From contig OZ244207.1 of the NCBI GenBank assembly GCA_965216875.1, forward strand, positions 1,440,001-1,504,000: 64,000 nucleotides of DNA, in the 5' to 3' direction. A program made the position numbers and the translations under genes. The stretch comes from Rubripirellula sp. Its GTDB lineage: Bacteria > Planctomycetota > Planctomycetia > Pirellulales > Pirellulaceae. A model generated the notes under the pieces. That model had not been told where the DNA came from. It did no database searches and saw nothing but the letters and a program-made list of their open reading frames with translations. This document shows positions 40,263 through 50,183 of the stretch, piece by piece (positions within the stretch are counted from its first letter, which is position 1; each line of letters begins with the position of its first letter).

Positions 40263-41714
40263 CTACTCTTCAAACGTAAGATTCGTTCCGATCACTTTTG
40301 TGAGCTCTTTTCTTGCTTCATCCGTGAGGATTGATCCAGGGGGACGCTTCAGCGTGCGTTCGATATCTCGGAGACAACGTCCGACCACTTCGCAAAAGAT
40401 TGGATTCAAGTCGTCCCACGTGTTCCCGCCGATGTGACGTGTCACGAGGACATCGGGCAGGACTTCATTTAGTAGGACTTGGACGGCAGCACCCTCCTCT
40501 TTCTCGGTGCCAGCCTCTTTGTCTTCTTCGTCTTCGTCACGGACTAAATGGTCGACGCTCCGATGCGTCAACCCACCGCTCATCTCGGGACAAAGTCGGA
40601 GCAGCGGATGCCTTTCCGCGAGCACCGTTGGGTTGTTTTCGCATCGCGCGTCGAGCAAGTCAGATGCCGCGCGAATGACCTTTTTCGAGACGGCCTCAGC
40701 GACATCGTGTTCGTTCCATATCGCGTGTCTTGCGACGTTGATCAACAGCGGCAACGGGCCCTGATCACTACCCATTGCGGAAATCAACTCCTCGTTGACG
40801 ACTCCCAAAGTGTTTTGGGCTTCCTTGAGGTGAATGGACACGATGTCGCGATTGTTGACGGCGGCCGAGAGTGTTTTGCAGGCCGTGATCCAGATGGCCT
40901 TGCCATTGGAAGACCTGAATTTGCATTCCAACGTGGTGTCGTCGTCGTTGTGTTCAACGTACTCCAAACTCCAGTTTCCCCAGCCGGTCGATTTCCGAAC
41001 AAAGACGACCAGGTGTTCAAGGATCTGGGTCTCGTTCATGTTTTCGTATTTGTAGTGGAATCCAGAAAAACGATTCACTCCACAGATCACAAGACGCTGG
41101 AACAGAACGTTCACCTGGTTGCCCATCCCAAGAAATGACCAACTTTTTGAAGCGAGGCGACGACTCTGTTCCAGTCCGAAGACAAGAAAGTGGGGAAACT
41201 CCGTTTCGTCTCGGTGAGCGGTATACGCCATTCCCCGCGCGTTGGTCGTCAGCGGTCGAAACGCTTCCATGGCAAACCAGAGGGTCAAATCGACGACCGC
41301 CTCACTATTGGTCGTGACCGTGGCTGCATGAGCGTGGGAATTGTCCGGCCTTGCCTGGGCTTTGAGGCTTGGCTTGAGTCCAACCGAGAGCGAACCCAGG
41401 ACAAGGGGCACGGCTGGATCTCGCTGAAGACCAGCTATGTAATCGCCAAGGTTGTTCCCACCGGTTGTAGGCCTTGAAATAATACACGTAGCATTTGCGA
41501 TCGCCTCTTGATCGTCAGAGCTGTAGTTGGCGCTGGAACTCTCTTGGATTTGATAGAGCCTGATGTTGTCGTTCGCGTTTAGTTTCCGCAAAACGCGCAG
41601 CCCAGCGAGCAGTCCAGAGATACCGTTATTCAACGGAGCCGAATCAAGCGAGCCGGTCACATTAAAGGGGACCGACAACGGCAGTACGACGACTAATGGA
41701 GGTTTCTCTTGCAT
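40263..41714 (-). CDS. Divergent D-isomer-specific 2-hydroxyacid dehydrogenase (SerA-like) fold protein
   Basis: NSEAVVDLTL, RLASKSWSFLGMGN, DIVSIHL..NTLGVVN, LLINVARHAIWNE, AASDLL, HPL, VLVTRHIGGNT. Start at ATG 41714 preferred over TTG 41876. Confidence 0.72.
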   Translation of the reverse strand: MQEKPPLVVVLPLSVPFNVTGSLDSAPLNNGISGLLAGLRVLRKLNANDNIRLYQIQESSSANYSSDDQEAIANATCIISRPTTGGNNLGDYIAGLQRDPAVPLVLGSLSVGLKPSLKAQARPDNSHAHAATVTTNSEAVVDLTLWFAMEAFRPLTTNARGMAYTAHRDETEFPHFLVFGLEQSRRLASKSWSFLGMGNQVNVLFQRLVICGVNRFSGFHYKYENMNETQILEHLVVFVRKSTGWGNWSLEYVEHNDDDTTLECKFRSSNGKAIWITACKTLSAAVNNRDIVSIHLKEAQNTLGVVNEELISAMGSDQGPLPLLINVARHAIWNEHDVAEAVSKKVIRAASDLLDARCENNPTVLAERHPLLRLCPEMSGGLTHRSVDHLVRDEDEEDKEAGTEKEEGAAVQVLLNEVLPDVLVTRHIGGNTWDDLNPIFCEVVGRCLRDIERTLKRPPGSILTDEARKELTKVIGTNLTFEE

Positions 41715-42069
41715 GTGCCCCGTGGACCCGCGTGCCTCGTGTCTCAACTCCGGTTGCAGGGTGAGAATAGGAACGCCCGCATGCAACCTTTCGCCTCCAG
41801 CCAGGAAAGCTAGAACGAATATAGTAGCTACGCGAATTCGGTCATCAATTGGACAAAAGACCATCTTGTATGCCAATTTCGGGAGGTGCTCGATGTGTAT
41901 GCACTCCTAATGACACACAGTAGCAAGTCTGGTTCATAACGCCAATATAATTCGCGGATAATGCGACAGAGCGTCGTGCCTCCGTGATAGAATAGTGGTA
42001 GGTCAACCGCGAGCTTGGCGTTAAAGACACACGGGATTGCCTGGATTGACATACAAAGAAGCGAGGGCC

Positions 42070-42741
42070 TTACTTGACGTCAAGAGCCTGTTTCAAGGGG
42101 CAGGTCTTATCCAAGTCCCGCTCGCTTCGATAACCGTCGAGTAGATGTTTCGATCGCTGCGCCAGCATTCGGCGCACTTCTCGGCGTTTCCCCTTCACGC
42201 GGGGGATCTTCATGTTGTCGTACGCGGTCGTCTGATGACGCATCCAAGCGATCACGGCCGCTTCCGCACGCTTTTCGACCGGGATGCGTTTGGTGCGAGC
42301 AACCGTGCCGCTGCCAACGGGCGTCGCATGCTTGGTCACTGCACGAGCAAGCTTTTCCGCGATGTCGTGGTGGGCCGGATGAAAGTCGAGGTAGCCGAGC
42401 ACCTCGCCATAGAACTCGTCGACATATTCCGTTTGGACCTTTTGGCGACGTTTGGCGTCGGAGGCTTTTCGTTTTGCGTAGGCATCAGTCGATCGCTCGG
42501 CATCCAAGTCTGCGCGAATCTGGTTGATCGTTTCGGCGGGCGCCCAAACGCCTTTGGAAAAGGTGCGACGCCCTTTCTTTTCCTGGACCACCCAATGCTC
42601 GCCAGCCGCCTTCACTCGCCGCGTCATTCCTGCATCTCCCGGTGGCAATAAAGCCCAGCCCTTCGGGACGGAGATGACCTTCCCCTTCGAATCACGAACG
42701 GTTGAATCGGTGGGGCCCGGTGAGAAAGCATCTTTTGTCAT
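42070..42741 (-). CDS. DUF2293 domain protein
   Basis: LLPPGDAG.TRRVK, KGVWAP, ATPVGSGTVART, AVIAWMRHQTTAYD. Confidence 0.85.
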   Translation of the reverse strand: MTKDAFSPGPTDSTVRDSKGKVISVPKGWALLPPGDAGMTRRVKAAGEHWVVQEKKGRRTFSKGVWAPAETINQIRADLDAERSTDAYAKRKASDAKRRQKVQTEYVDEFYGEVLGYLDFHPAHHDIAEKLARAVTKHATPVGSGTVARTKRIPVEKRAEAAVIAWMRHQTTAYDNMKIPRVKGKRREVRRMLAQRSKHLLDGYRSERDLDKTCPLKQALDVK

Positions 42742-42894
42742 GAATGTTCGCAACTCCTTGCATTTCAATTGCGACAAACCCTACACGGCGGCGCGTGCAC
42801 AAAGCAACCTGATCACAAAACTTGATTGCCCGCTGGCCAAACACTACCATTAGACGTTGTGTCTAATAATGCGTTTTCCGCGAGGAAGTCTTTG

Positions 42895-43779
42895 ATGTTC
42901 ACGGCCCGCCTGTCACTTGTCTTGTCGATGGTTTTCGGCAGCACGTTGGTCGCAAACGCACAACAATCGGACGAAACGCCGACAGAAGAGGTGCGCAAGT
43001 TATGGATGCAGCGGTATGCGCACGATGCAGCGGCCTATGAGATGTTTCGCCTTGGTGAAAACAAAGAATTGCTCGACTTGGTCAAGACGCCGCTACTGAC
43101 GTTCACCAATCCGATTCGTATTCGCGACACTCATGGTGCTGCGTACGTTTGGACGAGCGATGGTCGACCCGAAATTGTAGGCGCAATCTGGTCGGTGATT
43201 AGTCCACAAGATGCCGAGCGACGGCACGTCTCGCACGAGTTTCATTCGTTGTCGCTGGCGCCGATTGTTTCTGCGCATGAGCCGCGAACCAGCCAGCGCG
43301 GGGTGGTCCCCGATTGGAATGCCGGTGAAGCGGGCATTGAGCGCAAAGACATCCCCCAAGCGGATCGTCCCGTTCCGTCGCCTCTGCGGAGGCTAACGCA
43401 GATGCGCCGGCTTGCCCGGCGATTTGTCGCCCATATCCCGGAGGGCACGCCCGATGGTGCGGGCTCGCTTCGGTTATTGGCTCAGCCTCTCTATCGATAC
43501 GACAGTGACAAGCACGGCGTCATTGACGGCGCCCTGTTCGCCTACGTGATGGGAACCGACCCCGAATTGATCTTGTTGATTGAAGCGGTCGGGGATGACC
43601 AGGATGCGAAGTGGACCTTTTCGGCGGCGCCGTTGAGTAACTTGCCGATGTTCCTAACGGTCGACGAGAACCGGGTTTGGGAATGCCCACGCGCACAGCC
43701 GTTTGTAGGTCATCTACCCCATTTCATGTACTGGGGCGTCTCGTTGCACGGCAAGAAGCCAACAATCCCGACCGAGTAG
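42895..43779 (+). CDS. Secreted hypothetical protein
   Basis: Signal peptide; HEFHSLS, RLTQMRRLARRF, LRLL.QPLYRY, DGALFAYV.GTDPE motifs typical of a planctomycete family. Confidence 0.75.
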   Translation: MFTARLSLVLSMVFGSTLVANAQQSDETPTEEVRKLWMQRYAHDAAAYEMFRLGENKELLDLVKTPLLTFTNPIRIRDTHGAAYVWTSDGRPEIVGAIWSVISPQDAERRHVSHEFHSLSLAPIVSAHEPRTSQRGVVPDWNAGEAGIERKDIPQADRPVPSPLRRLTQMRRLARRFVAHIPEGTPDGAGSLRLLAQPLYRYDSDKHGVIDGALFAYVMGTDPELILLIEAVGDDQDAKWTFSAAPLSNLPMFLTVDENRVWECPRAQPFVGHLPHFMYWGVSLHGKKPTIPTE

Positions 43780-43831
43780 GTCATGCTCCGCATGACAGAA
43801 GGAGATCCGCAAGGCTGAAGCTAAAGACTTC

Positions 43832-44033
43832 GTAGCTACCTTCGCCAGAAGGTGGGCGCGTTGGTTTTGCGGTGTCCACCACACCACGCTCTGGCGAGCG
43901 TAGCTACGGTGCGTTTGGAAGCCACAGAGTTCACGGAGAGCGAATTCCGATTCTTTCGTAGCTACCTTCGCCAGAAGGTGGTTGCGTTGGTATTGCGGTC
44001 TCCGCTACCCCACGCTCTGGCGAGCGTCGCTAC
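43832..44033. repeat. BIME-like array: two tandem inverted pairs of REP family A
   Basis: Units start at 43832 and 43958 (126-bp period) with conserved spacers; sits between convergent genes. Confidence 0.9.
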
Positions 44034-46951
44034 TACTCTTTCTCGATTGGCTTTCGCTGAGCCATCAAATAGGCCAGCAAGTCGGCTGCGCTTTGCGGCG
44101 TCATTCCGGACAAGAGTTGTTCTGGCATCGCCGATTTGTCGGCCAGTCGCATCATCTCGATATCGTCTTTGTCGATGGTGTGTTTCTTGCCTTTTGCGTC
44201 GGCAACAATCACCTGCTCGTCGTCTTCTGACACGATGATGCCACTAAGGACTTCACCGTCAAAGGTGAGCACTTGTTTCGACTGAAACTTCTGGTCGATC
44301 TTTTCGGAGGGACGGACAATGCTTGCCAACAACTCAGCTGGCTTTTGTTGCAATCCTATCGAACTCAAATCAGGGCCAATCGCTTGACCGACTTTGCCGA
44401 TTTGATGACACGAGCGACAGCTGACATCTTTGGCCGTTTCGAACAACGCTCGACCACGTTCGACGTCTCCTGCGATGGCCAACAGTTCCTTTTCGTTGAT
44501 GCTCGCGCCAAGGCGTTTGATACGTTGTTCCTCGGGCAGATAGTGCTCGAACAGATCTCGCACCATCGCTTCGGGGTGACTGACCGCAACTTTGATGATT
44601 GCGTCTTTGGTCGGCGAATCGATTTCACCGTGAGCACAGGCCAAAGAGAGTGCCATGGCACCCGGCAATGAACCAAGCAACGAGTCGACGCTGTCAACGT
44701 TCCCCTGTTTGATTTCGGCGATGGCGGCATTGAAGTGCGATTCGTCGGTCGTGCTTGAGCCAAGTGATTCAACCCAATCGGACATCAATTCGACACCTTG
44801 GTAGTCAATCGTGCTCGATCCAAACTGCGGCATATGCCCTCGCCCAGCTTTGAGCATGCGATACAGAAGGACGCTTCGATACTTGTCTCCCTTGGCGACG
44901 ACGCAGGCGTCTTTGAGGCCGAACGTTCCTTGTCCGGGCGGTGCATCGAGGAATCCGTTCACCTCGAGGGATTCGGTAATGTCGAAGCTGAAGTTCGCTG
45001 TGCCGCCGCCGAGTTTTCGGTGGCAACTGGAGCAGTTCAAAGACAGATAAGAGCGTGCACGATCTTCGAGTGATCGCGTTGGGTCGTGGGGCGACGCGAT
45101 GGTTTGGGGGCGTGGCAATTCTTCGCCGAACAGACCGACTGCCGTGATCCGATCAAGTTGGTTCGTACCGTCAATGTTGATGTTGAGTTGTTCGGGCCAA
45201 AAGCCGTGGACCGTGCCGGCCGACCAAATATGGCATAGCAAACATTCACTGCGACTGGCGTGACGCCAAGTTTGTGTTCGCGTACCACCGGGGAAGGTCG
45301 CATCTTGGATGGTGAGTTTCGATTCGACCGCGTCATCCGGCTGCAAAATCGCGTCGGTTTGCTCTTCATTCCAGATGTAATTGTAGGCCCGCCATTCTTC
45401 ATTGAACTTGTGAAGCAATTGCGTTTCGATGTGCCGTTGTGAAGAGGGGTCACCGGCGCGGGTAAAGTAGCTGACCGTTTTCGCCACCACCGTATCGATC
45501 GGAAAGACAAAGCGTCCTTTCGATTGCCCGGTCTTCCAATCGGCCGTTTTGAACAACGTCAGCTGCTCGGAGCCAGGGACACCGATCCATTGCCGCGAGT
45601 GTGTGCCGTCGCCCCAGTGATGCGCACTGATGTCGTACTCGACGACACCCTCGGCCGGTTGTTGGGCGGCAACATTGGCAAACAAACCGGTCTCGCTCAG
45701 CTTGCTTGGGAAAGGCAGGTCGGATTTCGTTTGGACGTTCGGGTCCAATCGCAAGATGGTTCCGTCGTAGGCCACGATGTAGACCTCGCCGTCTGGACCT
45801 TCCATGAAGCTAATGACGCGATGCGGCGTATCGACCAGCTCCTGTTGCCAAACGACTTCGTCCCCTTCGTATCTCAGTCCCCACACCTTTCCGGTCATCC
45901 AGTCGCCGTACAGGTAAGCTCCCTTCAATTCGGGGATGCGATCGCTTTGCCAGAAGTAGCCGCCAGAGATCGATCGCGAGTCGAGGTGGTTGTGTTCGAA
46001 CAGTGGTGGTGTGATCGGTACCGGTGGCACTTCGTCAGGTTTCACCTGTTGACTGCCCTCCATGATGCTCCAACCGTGATTGCGTCCTTTGAGCACACGG
46101 TGGATCAGCTCGCGTTGTTCCCAGCCCACGTCGGCGGCGAGCAAATCGCCTGTGTTTGGATCAAAGGCAATCTTCCATGGATTGCGAAAACCGAATGCCC
46201 AGATCTCGGGGCGCACCCCTTCTTGGCCGACAAACGGGTTGTCATCAGGGACACGGTACGGCTGGTCCTCGGTGGGATCGTCAACGTCGATACGCAAGAT
46301 GGACGAACGCAGGTCACTGCGATCCTGGCCCGTGTTGTCACCATCGGGTGGGTAGGGAGGTTGACCGTCACCAATCGAGACATAGAGCATCCCATCAGGA
46401 CCAAACTGCATGCTCGAGCCCACGTGTCCGGGGCTCTTCCAGCGAGCGAGGATCGTCATGCTTTCGCGATCGAATGTTGGAACGGTTGGGTCCAACACGC
46501 GCAGCCGTCCAAGGTGATGGCCTTTACCCGCTTGCTGCTGGTTGGTGAAGACGAAGAAACACCAGGGTTGGTTTTTTTGGTCGTAATGAAACTTGGTCGT
46601 GTACGCCGTTCCGACTCGTTCGGAGTGAACGTCGCTAAGGTGCATCAGGTGGGTCGCGACCGCGTTTTCAGGATCGTTGTCAAACGAAACGATGTGCCCG
46701 CCCGCGTGGTTGGCAATCCACTTTTTCGCATCAGGCAACCAAGTGATGTCGGTTGGATGATTGAGTTCGACTTTCGAAAAAACGCGAGTCGTTTTGTAGG
46801 GCAGCGGTGGCTCGGGGCTTCCGGTCACTCGCGACGCCGTCCAAGGTGTGACGCGCGACGAAGGCGCTTGGCCGCACGCGGTCGCCGTGACAACAACCAG
46901 AAGCGCTAATAGAGATAGACGCAGTCTGCCTGCCAAACGAGATTGGTTCAT
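44033..46951 (-). CDS. PQQ-dependent sugar dehydrogenase-like protein with c-type heme domains
   Basis: FGPDGMLYVSIGDG, EIWAFGFRNPW, DVG, SISGG; three CxxCH motifs (CLLCH, CSSCH, CRSCH); GPDLS..SAMP putative heme-binding domain. Confidence 0.9.
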   Translation of the reverse strand: MNQSRLAGRLRLSLLALLVVVTATACGQAPSSRVTPWTASRVTGSPEPPLPYKTTRVFSKVELNHPTDITWLPDAKKWIANHAGGHIVSFDNDPENAVATHLMHLSDVHSERVGTAYTTKFHYDQKNQPWCFFVFTNQQQAGKGHHLGRLRVLDPTVPTFDRESMTILARWKSPGHVGSSMQFGPDGMLYVSIGDGQPPYPPDGDNTGQDRSDLRSSILRIDVDDPTEDQPYRVPDDNPFVGQEGVRPEIWAFGFRNPWKIAFDPNTGDLLAADVGWEQRELIHRVLKGRNHGWSIMEGSQQVKPDEVPPVPITPPLFEHNHLDSRSISGGYFWQSDRIPELKGAYLYGDWMTGKVWGLRYEGDEVVWQQELVDTPHRVISFMEGPDGEVYIVAYDGTILRLDPNVQTKSDLPFPSKLSETGLFANVAAQQPAEGVVEYDISAHHWGDGTHSRQWIGVPGSEQLTLFKTADWKTGQSKGRFVFPIDTVVAKTVSYFTRAGDPSSQRHIETQLLHKFNEEWRAYNYIWNEEQTDAILQPDDAVESKLTIQDATFPGGTRTQTWRHASRSECLLCHIWSAGTVHGFWPEQLNINIDGTNQLDRITAVGLFGEELPRPQTIASPHDPTRSLEDRARSYLSLNCSSCHRKLGGGTANFSFDITESLEVNGFLDAPPGQGTFGLKDACVVAKGDKYRSVLLYRMLKAGRGHMPQFGSSTIDYQGVELMSDWVESLGSSTTDESHFNAAIAEIKQGNVDSVDSLLGSLPGAMALSLACAHGEIDSPTKDAIIKVAVSHPEAMVRDLFEHYLPEEQRIKRLGASINEKELLAIAGDVERGRALFETAKDVSCRSCHQIGKVGQAIGPDLSSIGLQQKPAELLASIVRPSEKIDQKFQSKQVLTFDGEVLSGIIVSEDDEQVIVADAKGKKHTIDKDDIEMMRLADKSAMPEQLLSGMTPQSAADLLAYLMAQRKPIEKE

Positions 46952-47144
46952 GTTGTGATCGATTTCGAAAAGGGTGAGCTGCCAAGGCTCAAGAGTATGG
47001 CAATGAGAAGCTGATATTCTAATCAGCAGCCACCCGGTTTCGGAACGTCACGGTGGTCAAGAGCCGGCTCAAGTGATGCGTGATTTGCGGTCACCATTCT
47101 AGCACTCGCGTCAAATTCTTAACTTGCCAGCAGCGTGGGCGAAA

Positions 47145-47223
47145 CCATGAGCCGAACGCGTTAGCGTCGGGCCTTACGCGATTCAAAGCAAGGTGTAGGG
47201 CCCGACGCTAGCGCGTTCGGCTG
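47145..47223. repeat. Inverted pair of repeat family C
   Basis: GAGCCGAACGCGTTAGCGTCGGGCC ... GGCCCGACGCTAGCGCGTTCGGCTG. Confidence 0.85.
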
Positions 47224-47244
47224 ACGGCGGTTCGCGTTTTCTTG

Positions 47245-48579
47245 CTACGCGAAGCGACTGCTTTGAACGGGGGAGGTTTCCCATGCGATTTCACGCATCC
47301 CTCCCGAGAGAGGGAAGCGGCCAAGCGCATCGATCAGTTCGTCAGAAAGCTCTGCTGGCGATGACTCCTCGCCCTCAAGTTCGCCTGGATCAAACGGCTC
47401 ACTTGCCAACAGCTCATCGGCAATCACCTCGATGGGGCGATCATCTGGATCGGAATACGTGGGTTCCTCCGACTCGGAATCAGCACGCATCTGTGAGTCC
47501 CAAGGAGACGTGTTGTACTGGTGCAAGAAGGTGACGACGTCGGGCGCGATCGGACACGACCGGACCCAGCAGTGTGCATGTGAATAGAGCAACTGCCCAG
47601 GCCGTCGCAGTCGCAAGGATTCGTAGGGTTCTAAATCGGCTGCCGAAAGATCGTAGGCAACGATCAACGAGTCTTCGGCGTCTGATTTGCCGTCCCAACT
47701 TTGCGAAGGTAGCCCGAGTGTTTTGGCAATGGCGGCCGCCAAGATCTCTGACGACCGATCCTCGATGGCGAGCACTTGCTTGAATTCAAGTCCCTTGCGT
47801 CCGACGATTCGTACCAACTGGTTGATACCATCGTGGACGACGGACGCGTTGTCTTGGACGAAGGCGTAGCGACCGTTCATCGGTTCGGGATAACCGTAGG
47901 GCGACAGGTGTGTGAGCAGTCCGCCCGTGATGACGTAATGCCAACCGCGAAGGTCCTGCAGATCAAGCTGGCAAGCATTGCGGACTTGATCGAATCGCTT
48001 CACGAACCGGCCGATACGCTCGACCATGGATCGCGCGTCCTCGCTTTCATCGGCGAGCTCGGGCAGTTTGACGAATTGCTGGCGGCTAAGCTCCATGTCT
48101 CCCGACATCACACCGTTAAACGCCAAGTGATAGGCCAGCAGGAAATCCTCGTCAGCCATGTCGGCGTAAGTTTGCAGCAGTGCGACGGCGTCCCCACAGC
48201 GGTTCATGTTTTCTAGGCACATGACCAATTCGGAAATGATCGCTGGTTGACCGGGGGCCAAGTGGTCGGCGCGTGACAGAACCGTTGCGGCGATGCCGAA
48301 CAGTCCTTCTTCGTAAAGCATGTAACCCAAGTCGTAACTCGCCTGGATGTCACCAGGACGCTCGGCGACGGCGCGTATCTTTTCTACGAACTCGTCGGGT
48401 GCGAAATGGGTGGCGATAGTCGAAAAGATCTCGATCGCCTCGACAAATTGACGCTCTGAGCCGTCGAGGTAGTCCGAGCCGTACTCGAGGACCCAGCGAA
48501 ATTGTTGGTACGCGTCATCATGCTTGCCCTGTTCCAACGCCTTGAGCGTCTCGGCGTGGATTTCCTCGTAGCTTTCCAT
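47245..48579 (-). CDS. TPR-like helical repeat hypothetical protein
   Basis: Acidic 444-aa ORF with TPR-like segments (YDLGYMLYEEG..AA..L.RA..LAP). Confidence 0.7.
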   Translation of the reverse strand: MESYEEIHAETLKALEQGKHDDAYQQFRWVLEYGSDYLDGSERQFVEAIEIFSTIATHFAPDEFVEKIRAVAERPGDIQASYDLGYMLYEEGLFGIAATVLSRADHLAPGQPAIISELVMCLENMNRCGDAVALLQTYADMADEDFLLAYHLAFNGVMSGDMELSRQQFVKLPELADESEDARSMVERIGRFVKRFDQVRNACQLDLQDLRGWHYVITGGLLTHLSPYGYPEPMNGRYAFVQDNASVVHDGINQLVRIVGRKGLEFKQVLAIEDRSSEILAAAIAKTLGLPSQSWDGKSDAEDSLIVAYDLSAADLEPYESLRLRRPGQLLYSHAHCWVRSCPIAPDVVTFLHQYNTSPWDSQMRADSESEEPTYSDPDDRPIEVIADELLASEPFDPGELEGEESSPAELSDELIDALGRFPLSGGMREIAWETSPVQSSRFA

Positions 48580-48660
48580 CTTCTTCCCAACTTGTCGCAA
48601 CCGGATCGATTTTCGAATGTCCTTGTGACACGTTGAGAGTGTAACGAGTTCGGCGGCGCG

Positions 48661-50094
48661 TCAGTTGCGAACGTTCAAACCGGTTACATGGAACGTTTGT
48701 GTTGCCTTTGCCTTGACTTCGATGGGGGTCACGCGATGGGTGATGTCGCCAGGCGATGGGAAACCGTCTCCGTCCATGTCGGCAACGACCGTCAGGAAGT
48801 ACCGTCCTGGATGCAGGTAGGTGAAGGTGAACTGATCCGTTTTGCTACTGATTTCGGGAAAGGACAGCAGCCCATCAAGGAGATCCATTCGCACGTAGCC
48901 ACCTTGCGTGATGAATCTTCCTTTCGCGTCGGTGAGGGCTTCTCGCGACAAATACATGTGCAACTTTTTGCCGCGAGTCGCGGCGGTCCGGTCCACCGAA
49001 ACGGTCAACTGGGATAGGTGAGGCATCTGATCGATTCGATAGGGATCCTTGGCAATCTTGCCAAGCTCGACCAGCGATTTTCCCTTTACTTCCGACACGT
49101 AGCTCGCGGACGTCAACGGAACATCGTCCGGCCAGTTCGGTTTGGGGAGTCCCTCCGCAAAACTGCGATCGACCACATTCTTGGGAAAGCCCACGATCCG
49201 GGCAGCTTCGCGAGCAAGTTCTTTGTGGCGACGTTTCGCCTTGAACGCCATGTGTGGTTTCGGCTCGGTCAATCCGAAGCGACTCGTGTAGGCGTTGAAC
49301 TCAAGTGTCTCGCCGTAGAAGGTCAGATCCATCCACATGATGTCGCTTCCGCCGTGGGCATCGACCAATCGATAGTAGGCCCAGTTGTTGCCGTATTGGA
49401 CATCGTCCAAGACGAAATAGCTTGTGCGGTAGATTCCGTTTAGCAACCCGCCGTTGCGCGCCATGATGGTGCGAGTTCCCTTGAAATCGGTCACAAAAAA
49501 CGAGGTGAACAGATTGCCGATTGTCCCACCTTCGAAGATTCCGTGAACATGTGAGGGGGCGATTGCTCGATAGTCAAAGGCCATCCAGTCCATTTCTTGG
49601 CCCATCAGATTCATCGATCCGATCCAGTGGCCCTGCATCGATTCAAGGAGTTCAAAGCCCTGCTTGTTGATGTCGATCGGAACGATTTCTGGCGGCGTAA
49701 AGTCTGCGTACTTTTTCGCTGGTTTTCCCTGCATCGCTTTCCCCTTGTTGACGTATCCACCCTCGGCCCAAGAACGAAACATGTGCCGCATGTAGTTTGG
49801 CATCAGTCCACTCGGTGGCATCGGTTCGTCAGCATCGACGATGCGGGCGAGCAGTTTGCCTTTCTCGGTATGCTTCCGCACGTCCTCGTAGCGAGTCAAA
49901 ACAAACTCGCCTTCGGGATCGTCCCCCGCATGGCACGTGGTGCAAAAGTTTCGCACGATCGGTTCGATATCGTTCGTGTAGGAAACTTCGTTTTGGATCG
50001 ACCGCGAGCCTGATTGTGCGGCGGCTGGTGTAACGCCCGCCAGCAACGCGAATACTGCGGACCAGACTGCCGAACGCATGGAAAAGTTGGGCAT
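48661..50094 (-). CDS. Secreted monoheme cytochrome c-domain hypothetical protein
   Basis: Signal peptide, CTTCH, distal MPP; large uncharacterised C-terminal region; RBS AGGAGG. Confidence 0.78.
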   Translation of the reverse strand: MPNFSMRSAVWSAVFALLAGVTPAAAQSGSRSIQNEVSYTNDIEPIVRNFCTTCHAGDDPEGEFVLTRYEDVRKHTEKGKLLARIVDADEPMPPSGLMPNYMRHMFRSWAEGGYVNKGKAMQGKPAKKYADFTPPEIVPIDINKQGFELLESMQGHWIGSMNLMGQEMDWMAFDYRAIAPSHVHGIFEGGTIGNLFTSFFVTDFKGTRTIMARNGGLLNGIYRTSYFVLDDVQYGNNWAYYRLVDAHGGSDIMWMDLTFYGETLEFNAYTSRFGLTEPKPHMAFKAKRRHKELAREAARIVGFPKNVVDRSFAEGLPKPNWPDDVPLTSASYVSEVKGKSLVELGKIAKDPYRIDQMPHLSQLTVSVDRTAATRGKKLHMYLSREALTDAKGRFITQGGYVRMDLLDGLLSFPEISSKTDQFTFTYLHPGRYFLTVVADMDGDGFPSPGDITHRVTPIEVKAKATQTFHVTGLNVRN

Positions 50095-50148
50095 GGTTGC
50101 CTCCTGAGTAGATTGTCACCCTTGCAAATCTACGGCGGGTGTTGTAAA

Positions 50149-50164
50149 TTGTCAACTGTGACAA
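50149..50164. promoter_or_regulatory. Putative TetR operator
   Basis: TTGTCA-actg-TGACAA palindrome in the 89-bp divergent intergenic region; partial copy at 50113-50128. Confidence 0.65.
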
Positions 50165-50183
50165 ACAACTTTTCCGGGGATTC

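Noticed and set aside
41715..41876. N-terminal extension of the dehydrogenase-like ORF from TTG 41876
   Set aside because: Weak start codon in an AT-rich, probably regulatory region; ATG 41714 fits the expected domain start better, although this is not certain.
34525..42069. Prophage or integrative element
   Set aside because: No integrase, transposase, tRNA target or terminal att repeats seen; only composition and gene content suggest acquisition.
43832..44033. Possible CRISPR array
   Set aside because: Repeats alternate in orientation, spacers resemble each other and no cas genes are present; this is a REP/BIME arrangement.
45524..46909. 461-aa plus-strand ORF and similar long antisense ORFs (e.g. 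10680-11681, 8-760)
   Set aside because: Antisense shadows of well-supported genes, expected in GC-rich DNA.
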